Assembly: GCA_964016885.1 (NCBI GenBank)
Contig: OZ024740.1
Coordinates: forward strand, 56,234,001-56,298,000
DNA from: Eledone cirrhosa
Lineage: Eukaryota
DNA: 64,000 nt
Direction of reading: 5' to 3'
The notes below the pieces were generated by a model. It was not told where the DNA came from and did no database searches. It was given only the letters and a program-made list of their open reading frames with translations. This document shows, one piece after another, positions 1 to 12,819 of the stretch. Position 1 is the stretch's first letter. Every line of letters begins with the position of its first letter. Made by a program: the position numbers and the translations under genes.

Positions 1-144
1 ATTAATGTTCAGAGCCATCCTCAACATTCTCGTGTAGCACCCATCCACCATCTGAGTGAGTTTCTTGGTCAGTGTCCAAGTCTCAGACCCATACAGCAGC
101 ACAGACTCCACTACAGCAATGAAGAGGCGGACTTTCAGGTCTCT
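1..144 (-). mobile_element. RTE-like LINE fragment, C-terminal RT region (runs off window edge)
   Basis: Manual minus-strand translation RDLKVRLFIAVVESVLLYGSETWTLTKKLTQMVDGCYTRMLRMALNIN; LLYGSETWTL is typical of RTE-clade ORFs. Confidence 0.85.
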
Positions 145-235
145 ACGAAGGTCCGACTTCCACACCGATCACAACGAAAGAATTGTGGTAACGCACCAGA
201 GTACTCAATACTTAGGGTAGTAGAGTGGGTAATAG

Positions 236-348
236 GAAAAAGTATGACCCCGACGGCAGAGCTCAAGCCGTTTCGACGGCTATTTCTGGACTCTGAGTCC
301 AGAAATAGCCGTCGAAACGGCTTGAGCTCTGCCGTCGGAGTCATACTT

Positions 349-352
<4 letters not shown>
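236..352. repeat. 117-bp near-perfect palindrome
   Basis: 58-bp arms centred on base 294, one mismatch; explains the identical N-termini of ORFs 135..344(-) and 244..426(+). Confidence 0.95.
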
Positions 353-404
<52 letters not shown>

Positions 405-407
<3 letters not shown>

Positions 408-502
408 GATTGGTGCTCTGAAATAGCGATGTATACATGAATGTATGTATAGTATATTTGGTAATATACCGTATGTTCAATTAAAAACATTTTGAAGACC
501 TT
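405..502 (-). repeat. Diverged fragment related to the 310-bp HHR repeat unit
   Basis: Shares TGCTCTGAAATAGCGAT and AAACATTTTGAAGACCT with the unit at 25941, with similar spacing, and also abuts a (TA)n tract. Confidence 0.7.
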
Positions 503-893
503 GCACTATCATTTTAAAGTGACTATACGAAAAATATATTTTAGGGTCTGTTTTTCTTTTTTTTTTTTCTTTGATCCGTCAAAGTGACATTATTGAAAAT
601 ATGACATTATTGAAGAAATGAGAGGGACAATTCTTATTTAAATGAGTTTTATAATGTATATAAAGTATTACCGGTTTCGATGTATTATTAAAATTCATCT
701 TATCAAATGTTGAGTATTACAATTAAAAATAATTAATAGGAATTAAAAACTAAAAATTAAAGATTTAAAATAAAGTGCTGGAGTAAGTTTTTTTTTCCCA
801 TCTTCCATGCTCAGAAGTGGACTGGGGAATGAATTCTTGTTTATAGAGAGAAAAGTGTATAGTCATAATAGTTGCCGCAGATATTACTTTTTA

Positions 894-1475
894 AAAAGTG
901 GCTCACGAAGGCTTTTTTAAATAAATCAAATTACATTTATTAAAAAAAAAAAGCCTTCGTGAGCCACTTTTAGTAAAAAGAAATTCAAACAAACTCACGC
1001 GAAAGCTGATGTGATTATTCACGTGACTGCATCAACCAACCAAACGTCACTCATATATGAAAAAACAACCAACCATATTCACTGAACCAGAACAATTCCC
1101 CCCATCCCACATTTCTCTTGACAATTATCTTTTGTTTGTCATAATATTCTCTAAAAGGCTACAAAATAAATTCCCAAATACGGGCGCGAAATTTAATGAA
1201 CTTGTTCACGTGACAACCATTTATAACCAATCAAATTACATTTATAAGAAAAGAAAAAAAAAAGCCTTCGTGAGCCCCTTTTTTAAGTAAAAAGAAATTC
1301 AAACAAACTGGCGCGAAAGCTGATGTGCTTATTCACGTGACTGCATCAATCAACCAAACTTCACTCGTATATGAAAAAACAACCTGAGCCCCCCCCCCCC
1401 CTTGTTTGAAGAACTTTGTGACGCGAACTGACGCGAAATTTATTATAATTATTGACCAACCAATCAAATTACTTC
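894..1475. repeat. Inverted plus direct repeat block rich in CGCGAAA and TCACGTGA motifs
   Basis: 25-bp inverted repeat 894-918/947-971; ~150-bp direct repeat at ~925-1070 and ~1229-1385. Confidence 0.75.
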
Positions 1476-1685
1476 TCTAAAAACCAGGCGTTTCGAGCCA
1501 CATTTTTCCATATAAAACAAGTAACATTCTAAGACCAACCAAATGTGAGAAAAACCACAGACCCTCCATCTCAACTCTACTTTTGAAAAGCAGAAGAACT
1601 GCGAAACCGGTAAAGGGACCAAATAAATATATATATATTTTTTTTAAATAAGACTCCAGTTGCATTTTCGATTTCATCTTGTTTT

Positions 1686-1747
<62 letters not shown>

Positions 1748-1854
1748 TATATATATATATGTGTGTGTTTGTGTGTGTGTATGTATGTATATATGTATAT
1801 CATGAACCTTATGTAACTATGTAAATTGTCTACTGTGTTTTGTTCGTTCATTTC

Positions 1855-1953
<99 letters not shown>

Positions 1954-3591
1954 AAACATTTATTTATAATATATATATATATGTATCTGTATCTGTGCAT
2001 ATGTGTATGTTGGAAATAGTGACAGATGACAAATGAGTTGAAACCCTGTGTTAGAAATAAAAGTGTATTCTATTGGATCCCAGCCACAATGTTCACATGT
2101 GGAGATGATCAGATATTAAACCACTGAAAACGTAGATTTGAGAGAATCCCCAATATAAAACCCATACTGTTTTCATCCAAGTGTGTGATCATAAATTTAT
2201 ACAAAATATGTCATTCGGGAAAGTGTGCTGACTTTTGATTTGGCACTTCCCACTGATTTCGACAGATTACAGGCAACTTTCCTTTTAGAAATGAAGTCAA
2301 TCTACTTAATGTGGTTACTCTTTTATCACTGATTCTGCTAATATGATGGAAACAATGCTAGGTTTATGGGTACATAAGACTGAAACTCATCCAGATTTCT
2401 TTTCCCGTGCCGTATTTGCTGCAAAAATGAAAACTATATCATATATTATCTGATATCTGTCATATATATTTCTAGTTTGCTTTTGATCCACTCTACATTA
2501 GTTATGCTAAAATTAATTCATAACAAATAGATTTCCCATGATGTTATGACCTGTGTTGCGAACACATAGTTGATCTATGTACACAGAATGAATTCACCTG
2601 AACGAAGGTGACACAATTTGTTGGATTTCAACTGCGAACTACCTGGTAGGATTTGCTCTTTTAACGTTCAAATTAATGAGTCTGTCATTTCACATATATT
2701 ATGATAGAACATCTCATTATAAATTAATAACCAGTTATAAATTGGCAGAGGAGCTTGTCTATTTGATTTACTACCTCTTCCATTAAAAAATATGCAATGT
2801 TTCGGTAAAAAGAACTCATTATTTTGATGTCATGCGGTTAGTCTGCAGAGAGTTGCCATTTTCATCATCCAATAGTAATTTCCCTGTTCCGAATCATGAC
2901 TGTAAAAGAACTGAAACAACTCCAGCTGAGTGATAATGGTTTCCAATATGTTTGGATCTCCCAGTTTGAAGCAGATATATAGCCATGAATTAAAATTTAT
3001 CTTAGTAAACATTCCTTCACTGACTGATTCCCGCTGTAATGAATCTATCATACATATATGCAATGATGCAATTCATAAAATGACTGATTAACACCATCAC
3101 TTGTTATATATTCAATTCAGCATTTACAATGTTCTTTTCGTCGCTTTAACTATGCCTACCATTATTCATAGATTTTTTTCCGCTTATTATTTCCGTTAAC
3201 ACTTCCGTATTTGTAATGATGTCATTTTGCTGCACCTACTAATTTATTTTCTAAACCCATTGAAAGACATGGAAAGAGGCTGGTAATTTGAACCTACATC
3301 AACTGCAACGAACACAAATTCACGATGTTGTGTTACTGGGAACTTTGTGGTGGTCCAAAAACACGGCCTGTTTGATTGCGTATAAAATGCTATATAGTTA
3401 GTAGTAGTAGTAGTTGGTGGTACAGTAGTAGCAGTTGGCTGTCGTCGACGTCGTGATAGTGATGGCGGTGTTGTTGGTGATGTTTTGTCACGGGTCGTTT
3501 AACTGAGTAATGATTAAAAATGTTTTTAACTGTGAAGATGTGAAGAATACAATCTATGGAATTGATTTAAACGTGTTTCTGTTTATACATA

Positions 3592-3758
3592 AATAATTGT
3601 TTCTACATTTGGCACAAGGCCAGCAATTATTCCAGCGCATTACTGGTACTTTATTTTATCGACTCCGTAAGGATGAAAGGCAAAGTTAACCTCGGCGGGA
3701 TTTGAACTCAGAATGGCAAGGGCTGTAACTCTATGCGTCAAAGCATGGTGGCCGACCC
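3592..3758 (-). mobile_element. tRNA-derived SINE (dominant family, Meta/MESC-like core)
   Basis: B box GAGTTCAAATCC and core GCCTTTCATCCTTACGG.GTCGATAAAATAAAGTACC on the minus strand; same family recurs across the window. Confidence 0.9.
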
Positions 3759-4234
3759 GGGGGTGGGGTGGGGCATAATGTTCAAAATCGATCTCCGGAT
3801 ATTTGTCATTCATATATTATTATGTACAGTATGATTAAAAGTAAAGTTGGAATCTGGTGAAATTTGGAGACAGAATTTAGAAGAACGAAGTTAAATGCAA
3901 TACATCATTTTATTCTGTACTCTATTATTAATAGTGCTTAGATGATTAATAAAATTTAATGTTTTTTCGATATTTTCCATACAATTAATGTAGTTTAAAA
4001 TTATACTACTCTCTTCAAATATCTTGTATTTTAGCGCTTATTTAGACGTAGCTAGACAGTGATCCCTTTCAGTTTCTCCGATATTGGTGGAAGAAGTTAT
4101 ATTCTGATCGAAGATATCTTGTAAAAAACAGGACTTCGTTAATGAAACTCGCACAGCAAGTAATAGTGTCAAAACGGGTGAAGGATTAAGTCTACATACT
4201 TACTGGTATCAAAAGTAAAGAATATCCTCTACAC

Positions 4235-4993
4235 CAGTGCTTCTCAAACTATCTGATGTGGCGTACCGCTAATATTTAGTAGTAATATTAATTCATACCG
4301 GAAACGATATATATAATGAATATAATAAAAGTTGACCATTTTTTTATCTTCTATTTATTTTGTAAACAAATAATACAATATCAAAACATATAAAAAAGTA
4401 ATTAAAAAAAATAACAAGCAGTTTATTAACACGAAAATAAAAATTATATAACCTTAATCTTTACTAGTGTGAAAGGTAAGCCTGCTTCTTCTAATAATTT
4501 ATTTGAGGATACGGGCCGAAGTAAAGGGAGCATGGTTTTGAAGGGAGACTAAAGTATCATTCGGCGGCATTACAATATCACAAATATACTACATTTACTT
4601 ACATAATCTCTACACAACCGGTAAGTACTACGCGTCACTACCGGCCAACTGATAAGTTGTTTACTTACTGCAGTAGGTCGTTTAGTCACTGAAACTGATG
4701 CTGCACGGTCCATTTTCTGTTATTTGACTTTCTTTCTTCATAGAAAACTATGATATATTATCAACTCATATTTTTACTATCAGGTTAATTTACCTGATTA
4801 TTGTCATATAATTTTCACCCCCAATTTTTATTGCAGAAACTAGCAGTTACAGCCTAAAATTTCCTTGAAATTCCTTAGATTCTAACAATTCCTCAAATGA
4901 TTCCTTAGCATGGCCTGGACACTGGCCGCGTACCAGTAGTTGATGGCTCGCGTACCGGCACCGGTTCGCGGACCACCACTTTGAGTAGCACTG
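4235..4993 (-). mobile_element. Non-autonomous hAT (Charlie/Buster-type) DNA transposon
   Basis: TIRs CAGTGCTTCTCAAA / TTTGAGTAGCACTG; perfect 8-bp TSD CTCTACAC (4227-4234, 4994-5001); transposase C-terminal remnant KQAYLSH* on the minus strand. Confidence 0.92.
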
Positions 4994-5959
4994 CTCTACA
5001 CTATCAAACCGGCAACTAATTCTGAATAAACTATGAGATTTATCAGAAGCGTACATAATTCTGCGTATATTTTCTTTGCAGATTGAATGGACTGAAATTT
5101 GTTTGCTTTACACTGCCACAATAATATGACAACAAAAATAGAATTCTTCTTTATAACTACCGAAACGTAGCTATATTTATCAAATTCTAGCCAACGTTCC
5201 CAGTACTCCAAAGCAAGCCAAATTGAATCACACTTCAGTGCCACATACATTTACCAATTTATGCCAACGCCCGAACAAGAGATCAAATTATTTGCATGCA
5301 TGTTTCTCAACGAATAACGATAAATTCAAGCTATGCTCTTGACACACTTCTGTTAAACAAATGGTATTAGCAAATTGTTGTCCAGTGTGGCATATCATTA
5401 TTGAAAGAAAAGTATGATGCACTGACAACTTCGGCGTCTATTTAAAGTCTCCAATTTATATACAATTGACATCAGTAGTAGATACCTAGACATGCCAAGA
5501 AATCTAATCCTGACATCAGGAAATTCGCCATTATTTGATCATATACAGCTTTTTGGAAGCTGTTTTCTATTATACCACGTAGAATAAAAGATAAACTCCC
5601 GGTTAAATAAACATCTACGATCCAGTTTCAATTTTCAATTCGAACTATATCATTTCATATATGTTACTAATTCCTTTAATAAAAATAAGAGCTTACCATT
5701 TCTCCACTGTTGTGGATGTCTGGACGAATTAAACCAATTATTTCGATCGAATGCGCCAGAGCAATTGGTAAACTCAGGCAAATATGTCTCATATTTTTCT
5801 CCCTGAACGGAGTGAATAGATAGACTCATAAGAGTATTACATAGAATCTCTCGCTGTATTTGTTCCGTATCACTTTGGCTTGAGTTCAAATCCTGCCGTC
5901 TTCAACTTTACTTTTTATCCTTCCAGGATAAAGTATCTAACAAGTACTGAAGTATATTA

Positions 5960-6013
<54 letters not shown>

Positions 6014-6934
6014 ATTCGGTGTTATGAGAGGCCCTGCGTTATGAGAGACCCTGCGTTCTTTCTTAAGAAATAAAGAAGGCTTAAGTGACGGGCTAGCAAC
6101 GTCTTCATATAGAATTCTTGTGTTGCAGAAACCAACCACCCCAAGATGGTCCTATTGGCAGCATGAATTTTACCTCAGGGCGCAGAAAGCAAGAACAAAC
6201 AGCAAAGCCTTTTGAGCTACGCTTTAACGGCTCTACCAATTCGCCGCCCGTTCTCTGTTTGGTGAATCAATTTATTCAGGTAAATAAAATTAATGTACTT
6301 AATGAATGAAATAAACATTTGTGGCAAGTGTAGTTAAAATGTTCGTTTCGAAAACATGCTTCCGAGTTTTATCACATTGTCATAGACTCGGTTTCGCCAA
6401 TGGCAAACGATTGACATTTTGTAGACAAACATTGCTCACACACACACGTGCACACACTCACACTTACGCATACACACGTATACACACACAAACATACACA
6501 CGCACATTTATCCTGCTTAATTTTCTTCTTTCCCGTCAACTTTTTCTTTCCCTTTTCTCTATTTTTCTCTTTTTCTTTTCAAAACCTCTAACTCTCTTCC
6601 TGTCCATTGCCTGGCATTGACTTTCTCCCCCTTCCTCAATCATCAGCCTACATGTAGGCCACAGATTCTGAAAATGTTGCCTTATACAAGGTAGTCCTAG
6701 AAAAGCATTTAATTATTGTCAATTTACAGCATTCTCAAGAATGTTTATTCACGTTATTCATTTTCTAGTTGATCCTAGTTTCGTAAGAAACAACAACGAA
6801 GTATTAAAGATCCATATGGCATGTTAAGTGTTTTACTTAAGAACTATATAGATTATATATACAACACAGGCAATTACACAGAGTAAATGAAATAAATGTT
6901 TGAAACTACCGAATTAAATATTTACATTTTTCAT

Positions 6935-7560
6935 ATATTTATTACATCTCGATTATTTTCCCAATGGTTAAGGTTAACGTTAGGGTTTGTTACCTAATAG
7001 TCTTATTTTTATTTCTAATTATATTCTTACTTACTAGTCCTATTTCTATTTTGGCAGGGTTTATTGGCCTGTAGTTATGGCTATTTGTACAATGCGCTTT
7101 GTGATCTTTAAGTGTGATGTAAGAATCGTTTTTAGATAAACATTCTAATTTTTATCTACATTAAGGATGGTAGCTACAAACTTAGTCTCATTGTTGATAT
7201 AAATAGCAGGATCATCTTTTTTATACTTGGAATTTATACTTTTGTTTAGTAATTGGTTGTAAGTATATTGGTCAAATTTATATACTTTGTTAGTTTTATC
7301 TGGTAAGACGATCGAGTTATTAGAAGATCTGAAGTATTTTCAGTCTCTAATTATTTTGTTCTGAAAAGGGTTAGAATATGTGTTGAAGAAACTGTTTGCT
7401 AGTTGAAAAAATTCGGCCTCGAATGGCGTGTTGAGAGGGTAAGTTATTGATTTTAGGTTGAAAATATCGGCTGTAACTGTTCGTTCCCCTCAAAGTTCAG
7501 TGCCCGCCATTTCAGGCGTTTGAGCACATCTTCGACTTTGGAAAAGGAGCTTCGAATACG
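6935..7560 (-). pseudogene. Degenerate Penelope-like element, N-terminal RT region
   Basis: Translates with stops and frameshifts to KVEDVLKRLKWRAL..PFEAEFF..FRSSNNSIVLPDKTN..ITLKDHK..INPAKIEIGLVSK..WENN, collinear with ORF 57931..59277. Confidence 0.85.
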
Positions 7561-7581
7561 CCCAGGAATAAGCGGGCGAGG

Positions 7582-7643
7582 AAGAAGAAGAAGAAGAAGA
7601 AGAAGAAGAAGAAGAAGAAGAAGAAGAAGAAGAAGAAGAAGAA
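7582..7643 (+). repeat. (GAA)n microsatellite
   Basis: About 20 perfect GAA units. Confidence 0.95.
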
Positions 7644-7807
7644 TTCAATTTATCTTGTTATCGTGTCTGTGAACTAGCTATTGACGAATGACGTAATAAT
7701 CCTTAAAACCTTTCATTTTGTGATGATATACAACGTCAATAGAACGAGCTATAAATAGACATTATCTATACTCTCTTCTGTTTTCTTCATACTTAAAATT
7801 TTGAAAA

Positions 7808-8090
7808 CATACACATAGACACGCGCATACACAATGCATACATAGACACACACAAACACACGCACATACACAATGCATACATAGACACGCACATACACAC
7901 GCACATACACAATGCATACATAGACACACACAAACACACGCACATACACAATGCATACATAGACACACACAAACACACGCACATACACAATTCATACATA
8001 GACACACACAAACACACGCACATACACAATGCATACATAGACGCGCACATACACACGCACATACACAATGCATACATAGACACACACATA
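7808..8090 (+). repeat. 39-bp minisatellite (~7 copies)
   Basis: Unit ACACAATGCATACATAGACACACACAAACACACGCACAT; gives 13-aa periodic spurious ORFs. Confidence 0.9.
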
Positions 8091-8301
8091 CCCAGTCACA
8101 AACACAGAAAAAACATATTTATAAGGCGGTGTGGGGCGACAAAGAAGCCATTGATGTAACTATTTTAGTCAGCTTTACAATTCTCTTACGGAGAATATCT
8201 CAGTGCATGTGTGAGTGGGTCCCATTTTGTAGATCAAAGATTAATTCTTTTTGTTCCATTTTTTTTTTCATTTGAAAATGTTACTACAACATCGGTTTAA
8301 A

Positions 8302-8473
8302 GGTGTTGGATTGGCAGTATCGGTATCGCGTCCGACAACATGCTTTTACGGCCCATAGAGTTACGGCCCTTTATGGACCGAGTTAATAATATCTCGCCGA
8401 TGTTAGCTTTGTCTTTCATCATGTTGAAGTCGATAAAATAAAGTACCAGTAACGTACTGGGGTAGATTTAATC
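8302..8473 (+). mobile_element. tRNA-derived SINE, diverged
   Basis: A-box-like TGGCAGTATCGG head and GTCGATAAAATAAAGTACCAG core. Confidence 0.85.
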
Positions 8474-8474
8474 G

Positions 8475-8625
8475 GGTTTGTGGCCGAAGAAACTTAGTTG
8501 GAAGCGGAGAACGTATGTGGCGTCCCAGATGAGGGATTTACCTCTTTCGAATAGGAGGTGTGTAATTCCGTCGAGGCGCTTGCCGTCTTTGCGATCGAGG
8601 CCTGCTGGCTCCAGTTTAAATCCAT
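8475..8625 (-). mobile_element. CRE-clade non-LTR retrotransposon fragment (restriction-like endonuclease)
   Basis: [33 protein letters not shown] resembles the EPxGLxRxDGKRPDG...GKxLxWDxT RLE motif. Confidence 0.75.
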
Positions 8626-8805
8626 CTTTAATCTTAACAATTGTTTGTATACAGATAAGAGACGTGTTAATACATCTATACATATAATCATATAATCAGT
8701 GTACCAAGCTGTTGTAATTAATAATTTACATTGTATTAAGACACCTATACATTGAGCTTTACGCACCTTACCAAAAATAATAGTGGATTTCTGCACTATA
8801 ATTAC

Positions 8806-8960
<155 letters not shown>

Positions 8961-9249
8961 TTGTACAGACATTCTTTTTGCAAATGCTTAACAAAGAAAT
9001 TTTGAGTTATACCTATAACAACCTTTTGGGGAAGTCACCAAGAGAATTGCCTAAAATTGTAACCGAAAATTCCTCAAATCTCACACAACTTTTTTCTAGG
9101 TAGAAAGCATGCATTATATAATGTGGTCCCCTATGTTAGAGCGAAATTCAAATTATAATTTTGTTATTAATATTTTTACTAACTCATGTATTCTTTTTTG
9201 CTTTGTTTCTAGTTATATTTTTTATGATCTTTGTTTTCAATACATAAAT

Positions 9250-9423
9250 ACTGAGAGCGTCAAACACCATGCTTTGAAGCATAGAGTTATGAACCTTTAC
9301 GTCCTGCGTTCAAATCCCGCCAGGATTAACTTTGCCTTTCATCCTTACGGGGTCGATAAAATAAACTACCAGTATTGCACTGATGTAATTGCTGGCCTTG
9401 TGCCAAAAGTAGAAACAATTATT
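9250..9423 (+). mobile_element. tRNA-derived SINE
   Basis: GTTCAAATCCCGCC B box, family core and GGCCTTGTGCCAAAAGTAGAAACAATT tail. Confidence 0.88.
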
Positions 9424-9712
9424 TTTGTCTGTAGCTGCCTCCCATTGCCAAAATAATCTAAATAATATTACACAATAACTAATATTGTTATTTCTTCACT
9501 GTATACTTTTTACTAGTTAGAAATTAAATATGTTATCATTAACTACTTGCTTACAGTTCAGTCACATGTTCTGAAGAAATGAGCCTGAAGAAATGAGTCC
9601 CTCCCTCGAGACTGTAACATTGGGTGCCCTGGGCTGTCAAGTTAAATGTTCTAGCACACACTGAATAGAAATGGAGTTTTCAATGTCGACCAAAGACTTT
9701 ATAAGTTATGTC

Positions 9713-9881
9713 ATGTATTTCCCGGCGTCGAAAACGTTACTTTTTTCCTAAAATAAGGTCAAAAATCTACCATGCGTCCTGGAAGCCGAAGGTTGTTTAT
9801 TATTGTTTTTCAAATTTTTGGTTGACAAAATTAGGGTGCGTCCCCGAGGACTAAGCGTCTTCGGCGCCGAGAAATACGGTA
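9713..9881. mobile_element. Tc1/mariner (Tc2/pogo-type) MITE
   Basis: Imperfect TIRs GTATTTCCCGGCGTCGAAAACG / CGTCTTCGGCGCCGAGAAATACGG followed by TA. Confidence 0.65.
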
Positions 9882-10029
9882 TCTATCTATTCTTGACTGT
9901 ATGCTTTGTCTTTCTCTATGAGAATACTCTTTCCGAACATTCAAATATAATAAACGTGCAGAAATGAATTCTTTTATCAATATTTCTTTAAAAAAAAAAA
10001 GATGATTAGTGATTCTATAATAATGTTTT

Positions 10030-10412
10030 ATTTATTTAGGCACAAGGTCAGCAATTTTGGGGAAGGGGAAAGTCGATTAAATCGACACCGCTGTGTTACG
10101 GGTACTTTATTTTATCGACCCCGTAAGGATGAAAGGTAAAGCTAACCTTGGCAGGATTTGAACTCAGAACGTGAAGGGCCGTAATTCTATGTCGCGAAGC
10201 ATGGTTTCCGACGCTCTACCGATACTGCCAATCCACCGCCATTTATAATAATTATCTACTTTTTGGCACAAAGCCTGCAATTATCCAATACATTACTGGT
10301 ACTTTATTTTATCGACCCCGTAAGGATGAAAGGCAAAGTTAACCTCGGCGGGATTCGAACTCAGAATGGCAAGGGCCGTAACTCTATGCGTCAAAGCATG
10401 GCGTCCGACCCT
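10030..10412 (-). mobile_element. Two tandem SINE copies (long variant with GTCGATT-AATCGAC hairpin insert, then short variant)
   Basis: Family head, core and tail present twice. Confidence 0.88.
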
Positions 10413-11214
10413 CTTGCTTATTATTTGTTTCTCTTTAATACTTGTTCACATTTACATGACATCAACTTGCTAACATACAATCACTAGAAGTTGGTATTTA
10501 CTTGTAATTCTTACATTACTGTAACTCTTTCCAAAACAGTTTCTTCTTCGATTGACTAGCATCGAACACGATGACAGACGTCTTACATATCCCGTTAATT
10601 ATATGATTTAGGTGTGGTATTATTCCATCATGTGTTTTTCAAAACAAATAATCTCTAAGCTGGCGCTTCCTCACAGGAATTATTTGGTCGTTGGATTCAT
10701 ATTCTTAAGCAACACTAAGAAAATTCTTTCGGGATTCCCATCCATAGTCACTTGTTTACACAATCCAGAGATACACCAGTGTAAAATGGTTTGATCGATC
10801 CGGTATTTCATCGGATAGATCCCGAAATTGCACTCGGTATTTGAACTTCGAATGCAAACTGTCAGAACTAAATAATGCAAAGTATTTTGTTTGATGCACT
10901 AGTGATTCTTCCATACGGTTGCTTTTAAAGTAAGGCTTTATTATATTGAAATGTAGTTTGCTATATATGTATATATCTATACATGTGTATATGAGCATGT
11001 GAAATATAGACTTTTCGGGAAAATAATAATTACAATACTCGACAACATAATGCCGAAATTCTTTTGATCAATCAGCATTCAAACCAGGATAGAAGATATA
11101 TCTCTCATCCGTTTAATCTATAACCTAATAAATCTGTGCACTACAACGATCAATCTTTGTGTTCAAGAATGGATATGGATTGAGAATAGGGAGATAATAT
11201 TTTCAAAATTGAGA

Positions 11215-11405
11215 AAGTAAACAATTGCTGGACAGATTTTACGGGCGAAACCAATAAGTAGGAGACACAGGGGTAGACCCCGAGCAAGATGGTTGGATAA
11301 CATCCATGAACTTGGCTGGTCAAGCTTTGGGATCCAGCCGGATCAATTGGAGACGGATTGAGTGTTTGAGGACTCTGCTCCCACGACTCAGGAATAAGTG
11401 GTCGA
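11215..11405 (+). mobile_element. RTE LINE 3' fragment
   Basis: IAGQILRAKP..R..GRPRARWLDNIHELGWS; homologous to 12310-12550 and 54565-54890. Confidence 0.7.
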
Positions 11406-12309
11406 ATTATTCGACACATTTGTATGTAACTTTTATAATTGTTTCGGCTGGAATCAAGATTTTGATTAAGGATGGGTTAACAGAAAATGTATGGAAACCT
11501 GTCGGATATATTGCAACAATTTGGGATAGATAGACATAATTCGTTGTGTGATCTATATACATCTAACTGGGCATTTTTTAACGTCATTAGAACCCAAGCT
11601 TCTTTCTTTCAATAATCTAGGAGCCCCCAAGAATATCTCATGGGTACTACAATTACCCTTTCTAATGTCACTATAAAAGTTCACGCAAAGATAAATTACA
11701 ATACGCTCTATGTGTCTCTGACACAAGCTGATATCCAGCATAAATGTTCTATATACATATGACATTGACTAGCTAACTTCTCCAAACCACACAAGCAACG
11801 CCAATTAGGTAATCATTCCAGTCGAATAATTCAAAAGCAGATCAGAATGAAATTTGAAACTGTTATGAATACTAAGAGAAGTGAGCAACTTAGTTATGCT
11901 GCTATTGCTGCTATTGTTGCTGCTTTGTTTTGTTTCTATTGTTATCGTTGTTTTTTGTTGCTGTTGTTCTTTTTTAAGACCTGAATTTCATATTCACCCA
12001 TAACATAAAACCAATGAGGAAAATGAGGCCACACATTTCGACTTTAAATGATCTATTTATAAGATAGCAGCTTTCAAAAATAACATCAATGACAAATGTA
12101 TCAATTTTTAATGTGGAACGAGCATCTAATAAATATGTATATGCCACTTCAATTATATATATCATGAAACAACCAAATACCGAAACTGAATATTTAGTCT
12201 GATTATTCAGGGAGTTTTAATGTGCCTGTTGGCTATGGTGGATGAGGATGTATGGAGGATGTGATTAAAGAGGCTGACGACAAACACTTTCCTCTTTGAC
12301 CAATCCCTT

Positions 12310-12550
12310 ATTAATCTTTTCAAGTTTAACAAGCGGCCGAAATGGGGTCCCTCCGAAGGATCTGTCCAGTAAGTTACTCAATAGAGTGCGTAGCTCAAAG
12401 ATTTGAGTCATTCCAGATAGAGCCACTACTACCTCGAATTGAGAGATCACAGTTCTGATACTACGAGCATGTGGTTAGAATGCCTCAGGAAAGAATCGCT
12501 GGATATATTGTACGTGCAAAACCAACCGGCAGGAGACCCAGGGGTAGATA
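12310..12550 (+). mobile_element. RTE LINE fragment
   Basis: QAAEMGSLRRI..IEPLLPRIERSQ..HVVRMPQERIAGYIVRAKPTGRRPRGR. Confidence 0.8.
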
Positions 12551-12812
12551 AAATAAAGTTCAATTAACGCACTGGGGTCGATTTAATCGACTTTCCCTTC
12601 CCCCAAACTTGCTTGCCTTGTGCCTAAATCAGAAATCATTATTGTTATCATTGGATTGGCAGTATCGGTAGGGAGTTACGGCTCTTTATGATCTGAGTTC
12701 AAATGCTGCCGAGGTTAAATTTGCCTTTCATCATTATGGGGTCGATAAAATAAAGTAGCAGTAATACACTGGGATAATTGCTGGCCTTGTGCCAAAAATA
12801 GAAACAATTATT
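12551..12812 (+). mobile_element. SINE 3' part followed by a second, internally deleted SINE
   Basis: Family motifs; second copy begins TGGATTGGCAGTATCGG. Confidence 0.8.
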
Positions 12813-12819
12813 ATCATCA

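Noticed and set aside
2830-3063. 77-aa ORF, possible hAT transposase remnant
   Set aside because: No diagnostic motif could be confirmed.
3960-5870. Possible decayed retrotransposon ORF flanking the hAT element
   Set aside because: Only vague motif resemblance with many stops; cannot be assigned without a search.
9565-9620. CTGAAGA..GAGACTGTA hammerhead-like motif with 15-bp duplication
   Set aside because: Core deviates (GAGA) and stems are weak.
10480-11900. Possible highly decayed PLE on the minus strand around the RTE fragment
   Set aside because: Similarity too weak to support by eye.
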